The notes beneath the pieces are model-generated. The model searched no databases and was not told the origin of the DNA. It saw only the letters and a list, made by a program, of their open reading frames with translations. DNA of 64,000 bases from Dehalococcoidia bacterium. Its GTDB lineage: Bacteria > Chloroflexota > Dehalococcoidia > Plut-88900. Positions 57,788 through 64,000 of the stretch are shown here, piece by piece. The number at the start of each line of letters is the position of its first letter. The first letter of the stretch is position 1. The DNA lies in the NCBI GenBank assembly GCA_965197585.1, contig OZ240215.1, positions 288,001 through 352,000 of the forward strand, written 5' to 3'. The translations under genes and the position numbers were made by a program.

Positions 57788-60700
57788 ACGACGATTCCCC
57801 ATCCTGATTGCCGCCATAGCGGCGCTGGCCCTGGCGATGACCCTGCTGTTCTCTCCGGTCCAGGCCCAGGAGGGCTCGGCGCCCGACAAGCCCACGGGCC
57901 TCTCCGCCACGGCGACCCACGACCAGGTGGTCCTCACCTGGGACGACCCGGGCGACGCCAGCATCACCGGCTACGTCATCCTGCGGCGCGTGCGCGTGAA
58001 CAATACCGGGGGCGAGTTCAGTGAGCTCGTGGCGGACACGGGGACGGCGGCGACCACCTACACCGACGCTACCGTAAAGGCCAATACTACCTACACCTAC
58101 CGCATCAAGGCGACCAACGAGCACGGTGTGAGCGAGCGTTCCCGCTGGTTCCACATCAACGTCCCGGCAGCCCCTGAGCCGGAGGAGGAGCAGGCCCCCG
58201 AACCGCCCGACCAGCCCACGGGCCTCGATGCCACGGCGACCCACGACTCGGTGACCCTCACCTGGGACGACCCCAATGACGACTCAATAACCGGCTACGT
58301 GATCCTGCGCCGCATTCCCGGGGTCGACCCGGAGGGCCAGTTCAGTGAGCTGGTCTCGAACACGGGAACGGACGCGACCACCTACACCGACGACACTGTG
58401 GCGGCTGAGACTCGCTACACCTACCGCATCAAGGCGATCAACGAGCACGGTGTGAGCGAGCGTTCCCGCTGGTTCCACATCAACGTCCCGGCAGCCCCTG
58501 AGCCGGAGGAGGAGCAGGCCCCCGAACCGCCCGACCAGCCCACGGGCCTCGATGCCACGGCGACCCACGACTCGGTGACCCTCACCTGGGACGACCCGGG
58601 CGACGACACCATCACCGGATACGTCATCCTCAGGCGCGTCCGCGTGAACAATACCGGGGGCGAGTTCAGTGAGCTCGTGGCGGACACGGGCACAGCGGCG
58701 ACCACCTATACCGACGACAGCGTACAGGCCAATACTACCTACACCTACCGCATCAAGGCGACCAACGAGCACGGTGTGAGCGAGCGTTCCCGCTGGTTCC
58801 ACATCGACACGCCGGCCGCTCCCGAGGCCGTCGAAGGCGACGACCTGGACGGGGAGGACGACGACGGCGCGCCCGGCGGTCCCGGCAAGCGGGCCAACGT
58901 CTCCGAGCCCGATGGAGGCGACTGTCCCGGCCTCAACACCACCACTTGCGAGGTGGACGTGGGCGGCTCGGTCACGGGCGACATCGAAACCGGGACGGAC
59001 CGGGACTATTTCCGCGTCGTCCTGGAGGCGGGCACGAGATACCAGATCGATCTTGAAGGTGCGGATACCAGCCGCGGTACCCTACCGGACCCGAGGATGG
59101 GTCTCTACGATGGTAGCAACACACTTGTCGGTTCTTTGAGCAACGACGAGGGCGTGGGCAATAACAGCCGGCGGATTTACACGCCGACCGCGGCCGGCGC
59201 CTACTACGTGCGGGCACAGAATGCCAATGGGTCAGATACCGGCACCTACACGCTGTCGGTTATCCTGCTGGGCGCGAACGGCGCCTCGGAGGCCGACACG
59301 GACTTTTCCGGCACCAACATTAGCACTGTCGACGTCGGGGCCTCGGTCACGGGGACGATCAGCACCCCAAACGATACGGACTGGTTCGATGTCGCTCTGG
59401 AGGTGGGCAAGATCTACCAGTTCGACCTGGAAGGATCGCATAACGGCCGCGGCACCCTGGAGGATCCGTACCTCAAACTCTACCGATTCGCAACGGTCCT
59501 GGAGGTCAACGGCGACATCAACTCCACGAACAAAAACAGTCAGATAGTCTACACGCCGACCACGACCGGCACCCACTCCTTGGAAGCGACTACGATAGGT
59601 ACCGCTACAGGCACCTACACGCTGTCGGTGCGTGACATCTCGCCGTGCACGCTGAACACCGGCGACATCTGGTGCGGCGTGGTGACGGTGGCAGAGATCA
59701 AGACCAGCCCCGGCGACGCGCTTGTCGGACACGGTTTTGCTGATGGAGCCGGCCTCAGCGCGGGCAGCCTTGCCGGCAACCCGGACGACACGATGTTCTC
59801 GGTCGGGGACAACGACTACATGATCGGGGCCGCTTATATCCAAGTCCCAACTGGGTCCACCGTCACGGGCACCCTGTACGTCTTGCTCAGCGCCGATCTC
59901 ACCGAGGATGACAAGGCGGGCCTGGTGCTCACGGTCGACGACACCAACCTCACGTTCGCGTTCAGCGGCGCCACGAAAGGCACCACCGGCCTCTATTCTT
60001 GGGGTCTGTCGGGCCTGACCTGGTCTGCGGGGGACACGGTTACGGTTCGTCTGCCGGGGCCGCCGACGTCCGACGACTTTCCCGCCGACGCCACCACCAC
60101 CGGCAAGGTCGACGTCGGCGGCTCGGCCACGGGCAACATCGAGTCCGTCGGCGACGCGGACTGGTTCCTCGTCGAGCTGGAGGCGGACACGAGATACCAG
60201 TTCGACGTGGAGGGTGCGCCTACCGTCCGCGGCACAGTATCGGACCCGACTATCAACGCAGTGCGTGATGCGGGGGGCAATACGATCACGGGCACGCAGA
60301 ACGATGACAGCGGCGTGGGGAACAACGCCCGGACGATCTTCACGGCGACCGCGAGCGGCGCTCACTACGTAGTCGCCGCCGCGTACCAATCGACGGGCAC
60401 CTACACGCTGTCGGTGATCGTGCTGGGCGCGAACGGCGCCTCGGAGGCCCACGCGGACTTTCCCGACACGACCTCCACCTCTGGCCGGGTCGACGTCGGG
60501 GCCTCGGTCACGGGCAACATCGCCAGCGCAGGGGACATAGATTTGTTCGCCGTCAGATTGGTGGTGGGCAGGACCTACCAGTTCGACCTGGAAGGATCGC
60601 ATAACGGCCGCGGCACCCTGGAAGACCCGTACTTGACGCTCTCAGACGGATCCCTCGCCTTCATTGCGGAAAACGGCGACATCAACGCCACGAACCTCAA

Positions 60701-62009
60701 CAGCCAGTTCATCTACACGGCGACCGCGGCCGGCACCTACTATTTAGAGGCTGTAGAGCTTAGTGGTAACTCTACGGGCACCTACACGCTGTCGGTGCGC
60801 GACATCACGCCGCCGCCCGACGATTCCGCCGACCCGCCAGCCGATTCCACCAACGTCTCGGAGCCCGACGGCGAAGACCTGCCCGAAGGCATCACCACCA
60901 CCGGTAGAGTTGAGGTCGGCGGTTCGGTCACGGGCGAAATCGCCCCAGCTCTCGACGTCGACTGGTTCGCGGTCGAGCTGAAGAAGGGCAAGCGATACCA
61001 GTTCGACGTGGAGGGGGCGGATACCGGCCGAGGCAACTTGGCGGATCCGCATCTTTGGGGGTTGCAGGATGCGGGAGGACAGGCGGTCTCCGGTGCGAGG
61101 AGTAACGACGGCGGTGTGGGGAAGAACGGCCGGGTCATCAACACGCCCGACGCGGAAGGCACCTACTACATAGCTGTGGCCGGCGCAGACAGCACGACGG
61201 GCACCTACACGCTGTCGGTGATCGTGCTGGGCGCGAACGGCGTCTCGGAGGCCGACACGGACTTTCCCAGAGACACCACCACCACCGGCCGGGTCGAGGT
61301 CGGGGCCTCGGCCACGGGCAACATCGACCCTGGCGAGGATTTGGACGGGTTCCGTGTCGATCTGGAGGCGGGCAAGCGATACCGGTTCGACCTGGAGGGC
61401 GCGGACACCGGCCGCGGCTCCCAGGCGGACCCGATCCTGGCGCTCTACGGCGACTCCTTCAACGTCTCCCACTACATTGATGAGGACGACGACGGCGGCG
61501 AGGGACTTAACAGCCGACTGACCTACACGGCGACCGCGACCGGCATCTACCACCTGGAAGTAGCGGGCTTGGACCCAGGCACCTACACGCTGTCGGTGCG
61601 TGAAATTTTGCTGGCAGTTGCCGTTCCGCCCGGTGGTCTGGGCCCCTCGGAGATCCCGGGCGCGGTCCGCAATGTGGAGGTGTCCTACTCGGGCATCGGC
61701 AGCATTGGGCAAATCGTGTGGTGGGACGCGCCGGACGAGACCGGAACCGGCGCGCAATGGATCACGGAGTTCCGCATCTACGGCTCAGCCAGCGAGGGCT
61801 GCGGCGGCTACCTGCTGGACGAATACGAGGTGGAGCACCCTGGATCCACCACGCCACCAGAGCACCCCGACGGCGTCCCGACGGGTTTCAAATACTTCAA
61901 GATCGTCTATGTGGGACCCGTCACATTCGGTGTGGCGGCGGTCAACGAACTCGGTGAGGGGCCATGCGAGGAAGGGCCCGATCCTCCGCCGGATACGGAT
62001 AATTCCTGA
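57768..62009 (+). CDS. Secreted surface protein: 3 FN3 repeats + 6 PPC-like domains + divergent C-terminal FN3-like domain
   Basis: Signal peptide ..SPVQAQ; three ~100-aa PDxPTGL..YTYRIKA repeats; six D.DWF...GTYTLSV repeats; AAGGAGG RBS. Confidence 0.9.
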   Translation: MMTRTDRRRFPILIAAIAALALAMTLLFSPVQAQEGSAPDKPTGLSATATHDQVVLTWDDPGDASITGYVILRRVRVNNTGGEFSELVADTGTAATTYTDATVKANTTYTYRIKATNEHGVSERSRWFHINVPAAPEPEEEQAPEPPDQPTGLDATATHDSVTLTWDDPNDDSITGYVILRRIPGVDPEGQFSELVSNTGTDATTYTDDTVAAETRYTYRIKAINEHGVSERSRWFHINVPAAPEPEEEQAPEPPDQPTGLDATATHDSVTLTWDDPGDDTITGYVILRRVRVNNTGGEFSELVADTGTAATTYTDDSVQANTTYTYRIKATNEHGVSERSRWFHIDTPAAPEAVEGDDLDGEDDDGAPGGPGKRANVSEPDGGDCPGLNTTTCEVDVGGSVTGDIETGTDRDYFRVVLEAGTRYQIDLEGADTSRGTLPDPRMGLYDGSNTLVGSLSNDEGVGNNSRRIYTPTAAGAYYVRAQNANGSDTGTYTLSVILLGANGASEADTDFSGTNISTVDVGASVTGTISTPNDTDWFDVALEVGKIYQFDLEGSHNGRGTLEDPYLKLYRFATVLEVNGDINSTNKNSQIVYTPTTTGTHSLEATTIGTATGTYTLSVRDISPCTLNTGDIWCGVVTVAEIKTSPGDALVGHGFADGAGLSAGSLAGNPDDTMFSVGDNDYMIGAAYIQVPTGSTVTGTLYVLLSADLTEDDKAGLVLTVDDTNLTFAFSGATKGTTGLYSWGLSGLTWSAGDTVTVRLPGPPTSDDFPADATTTGKVDVGGSATGNIESVGDADWFLVELEADTRYQFDVEGAPTVRGTVSDPTINAVRDAGGNTITGTQNDDSGVGNNARTIFTATASGAHYVVAAAYQSTGTYTLSVIVLGANGASEAHADFPDTTSTSGRVDVGASVTGNIASAGDIDLFAVRLVVGRTYQFDLEGSHNGRGTLEDPYLTLSDGSLAFIAENGDINATNLNSQFIYTATAAGTYYLEAVELSGNSTGTYTLSVRDITPPPDDSADPPADSTNVSEPDGEDLPEGITTTGRVEVGGSVTGEIAPALDVDWFAVELKKGKRYQFDVEGADTGRGNLADPHLWGLQDAGGQAVSGARSNDGGVGKNGRVINTPDAEGTYYIAVAGADSTTGTYTLSVIVLGANGVSEADTDFPRDTTTTGRVEVGASATGNIDPGEDLDGFRVDLEAGKRYRFDLEGADTGRGSQADPILALYGDSFNVSHYIDEDDDGGEGLNSRLTYTATATGIYHLEVAGLDPGTYTLSVREILLAVAVPPGGLGPSEIPGAVRNVEVSYSGIGSIGQIVWWDAPDETGTGAQWITEFRIYGSASEGCGGYLLDEYEVEHPGSTTPPEHPDGVPTGFKYFKIVYVGPVTFGVAAVNELGEGPCEEGPDPPPDTDNS

Positions 62010-62288
62010 TGGCATGTGGCGTCGGGAGGAGAGGAAGGTCCGCGCGGGTGTACGCGTACCCGCGCGGACCCCGCCCGCAGGAAGGGCAACGAAAAAAGCC
62101 CGCACACATGGATGAAGCTGGGGGAGGCCGCCCCAGCCCTTCGGCAAGCAGAGCAGCGGCCTCCCCCAGGACTCCGGGACGGGCTGACCGCGTGAACTTG
62201 CGTTCCGCATACCGTCCTGGCTGGGGATATCGGACGGCCCCGGACATCCCCGTAGGAGGGAGCTTGCAGCCGTCTTCCGGAAGGACCG

Positions 62289-62534
62289 ATGCCGAGACAG
62301 CGCATTCATCACAGCAGAAGACCCCCTGGCTTCCCAGCCGACTTTCCTGAGCGGCTGGTGCGGTTCAAGGTGGAGTCGGGCCTGTCGTGGTCGGAGATCG
62401 CCCGACGGCTGGGGACGTATCGCCACACCGTATGGCGCTGGGCTGAAGGCAAGGTCCGGCCCAACTATCAGCACCGCAGGGCGCTCATGGCGTTGGCCGA
62501 CAGCATGGGACTCGGCCACCTGTTCACGGAATAA
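62289..62534 (+). CDS. XRE-family HTH protein
   Basis: FPERLVRFKVESGLSWSEIARRLGTYRHTVWRW.EG...P. Confidence 0.8.
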   Translation: MPRQRIHHSRRPPGFPADFPERLVRFKVESGLSWSEIARRLGTYRHTVWRWAEGKVRPNYQHRRALMALADSMGLGHLFTE

Positions 62535-62574
62535 GACGGCCGAAAACGCAAAAATAGCCACACACATGGCTGTG

Positions 62575-62609
62575 CGGGGGAAGCCGTCGCCTTGCGACGG
62601 CTTCCCCCG
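62575..62609. terminator. Hairpin between convergent genes
   Basis: CGGGGGAAGCCGTCGC / GCGACGGCTTCCCCCG perfect stem. Confidence 0.7.
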
Positions 62610-62661
62610 TAACTCTGCGCTCTCGCGTCCCTCAGCGACCTGCTCCCGTATCCGCCGGCCC

Positions 62662-63189
62662 TTAGAACAACCTCAGCGTCTCGGGTTGCTGCTGCTCCGT
62701 CTCACCCTCGGTGGCCTCAGCCTGCGCCGTCCCCTGCCCGCTGCGGTTCCGACGCCTGGCCGGGGGAGCGGGTCTGACGTGAGCCGGGTACTTGGGTTCG
62801 TCCTCCCACCTGGCCTTGGCCCTTTCGATCACAGCCGAGACCTCCTGCGTCAGCCCGGACTCGTCCAGGTCATCGAACGACTCGATGTGCGGGTCCGACG
62901 AGGTCCGCTGCACCCCGATGGTGGCCCGGCCGCCCTTGATGGTCAAGACGACCTTCAGGTCCTCTGCCGCAACGGTCTCCTCTCCGGCGGCCTGCTCCCC
63001 GGCGTCATCGGAGCCCTGGCCGTCCTGCGCGGCCTCCTTGCCGGTGTCCTGCGCATCCGGGACCGCATCGTTGGGGTCTTCCTCTTGGACAACCGGGGCA
63101 GCCTTGTCGCCCGCCGCGTCGCCGAAGAGACTCTCGTCTGCGCTCGGAGCGTCCGAGCGTGTTGCTTCCGTTCCAACTTCGTGAGGCAT
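62662..63189 (-). CDS. Acidic hypothetical protein (mobile-element type)
   Basis: AAGGAG RBS; ends QPETLRLF. Confidence 0.6.
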   Translation of the reverse strand: MPHEVGTEATRSDAPSADESLFGDAAGDKAAPVVQEEDPNDAVPDAQDTGKEAAQDGQGSDDAGEQAAGEETVAAEDLKVVLTIKGGRATIGVQRTSSDPHIESFDDLDESGLTQEVSAVIERAKARWEDEPKYPAHVRPAPPARRRNRSGQGTAQAEATEGETEQQQPETLRLF

Positions 63190-63239
63190 GGTATCTCCTT
63201 CCTCTATTCCTTCTCTGGTTGCCTCGATGACCGCTATCG

Positions 63240-63626
63240 CTAGGCCGCGATCCCCGACGACTCTCTCCTGATCTCGCCGATGGTCATCGGCTCCCAGTAC
63301 AGGTCGCGCTCCACGGCGGGGACGCCGCCGAAAACGGTGACTTCCGAGAGTTCCGTGAGATCAAAGTATCCAAGCTCGGTCTCGAACCCCTCGACGAGGC
63401 CGAAGCACAATCCGGTCTCCGAGTCCCACTCCGTGATGTACCAGCGCCAGCCGTTGTAGGGGCTGAAAAGTTTCACCCTGGCGACGACGGCGTCGGAGTC
63501 CTCCGCGCCGTCATTCGCGTACAGGGGCGGGATGGTGTCGGCGAGCTCCTTCGTCATGAGCTTGTGCCTGCGGAGCCCGCTGTGGTTGTCCTGCCAGATC
63601 GTGGCGTTTGCCTTTTGGTCAAGCAT
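63240..63626 (-). CDS. DUF2958 family protein
   Basis: VKLFSPY..WRWYITE.D....CFGLV.GFETELGYFDL.EL...VERDLYW. Confidence 0.85.
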   Translation of the reverse strand: MLDQKANATIWQDNHSGLRRHKLMTKELADTIPPLYANDGAEDSDAVVARVKLFSPYNGWRWYITEWDSETGLCFGLVEGFETELGYFDLTELSEVTVFGGVPAVERDLYWEPMTIGEIRRESSGIAA

Positions 63627-63678
63627 TGGTTTCTCCTCTCCTTGTTTCTTCTCTAGGTACGTTAATGAGCGCTGATCG

Positions 63679-64000
63679 CTAGGCGGCTATCTCCAGCTCG
63701 GAGTCGGGCCCCACCACCCGCTCCACCGCCTCCGGTGTGACGTAGCTCGGCGTTACGGTGCCCTGCTCCATGTCGAGGTAGAGGCCCATGAAGGGGCAGG
63801 TGCCCGCTACCATGCGGCGGACCACTTGTAGCACCAGCGACGCCATCATCTGGTTGATGGTGGGGTCCTGATCGGTGAGGTCGAGGGCAGCAGCGCAGTC
63901 CACGTCCGGCGGCCTTGTAGACACCGCCGTCAGCAGGTCGGGGCGCTGGAGCGTGGGCGCGGGCAGCAGGTGGCAGGTCTCGCCGACGAAGGCGGGTTCG
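63679..64000 (-). CDS. Hypothetical protein, 5' end beyond the window
   Basis: Frame appears open to the window edge; DQDPTINQMMAS C-terminus. Confidence 0.5.
   Translation of the reverse strand, partial: EPAFVGETCHLLPAPTLQRPDLLTAVSTRPPDVDCAAALDLTDQDPTINQMMASLVLQVVRRMVAGTCPFMGLYLDMEQGTVTPSYVTPEAVERVVGPDSELEIAA

Noticed and set aside
21853-62009. Diversity-generating retroelement acting on the adhesins
   Set aside because: No reverse transcriptase, and no template/variable repeat pair differing only at adenines was seen.

Overview
GC-rich bacterial DNA. Gene content (CaiB/BaiF pairs, a collagen-linker solute-binding lipoprotein, giant FN3/Ig-repeat surface proteins, Dehalococcoidia-style serine integrase) suggests Chloroflexota, possibly a SAR202/Dehalococcoidia symbiont; this is inference. 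1-11 kb is a host metabolic region, including an acyl-CoA transferase gene split by an IS5 with a CTAG target duplication. From about 11.35 kb on is an accessory hotspot organised by a family of large-serine-recombinase att-like sites (11365, 11469, 11571, 36094, 38706, 41640, all on +). A ~24.5 kb integrative element (11571-36101) is bounded by GGTGGGCC and near-perfect inverted arms; its excision would give the integrase a new C-terminal tail. It carries an incomplete conjugation module, HTH regulators, a 2824-aa adhesin and HEPN-like genes. Att-delimited cassettes follow: MetE-like + nucleotidyltransferase; an HsdR-N-type nuclease-ATPase; and an eight-gene cluster (radical SAM, GHKL ATPase, ParB-like, PD-(D/E)XK-like, SNF2, ParB-like, second GHKL, MTase-like) that I cannot match to a named system. 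The right end has an eroded two-component system and a second adhesin module mirroring the first. Both adhesins are preceded by a leader ORF with the same GTTCA-C(12/13)-GATTTT tract, suggesting phase variation through translational coupling.
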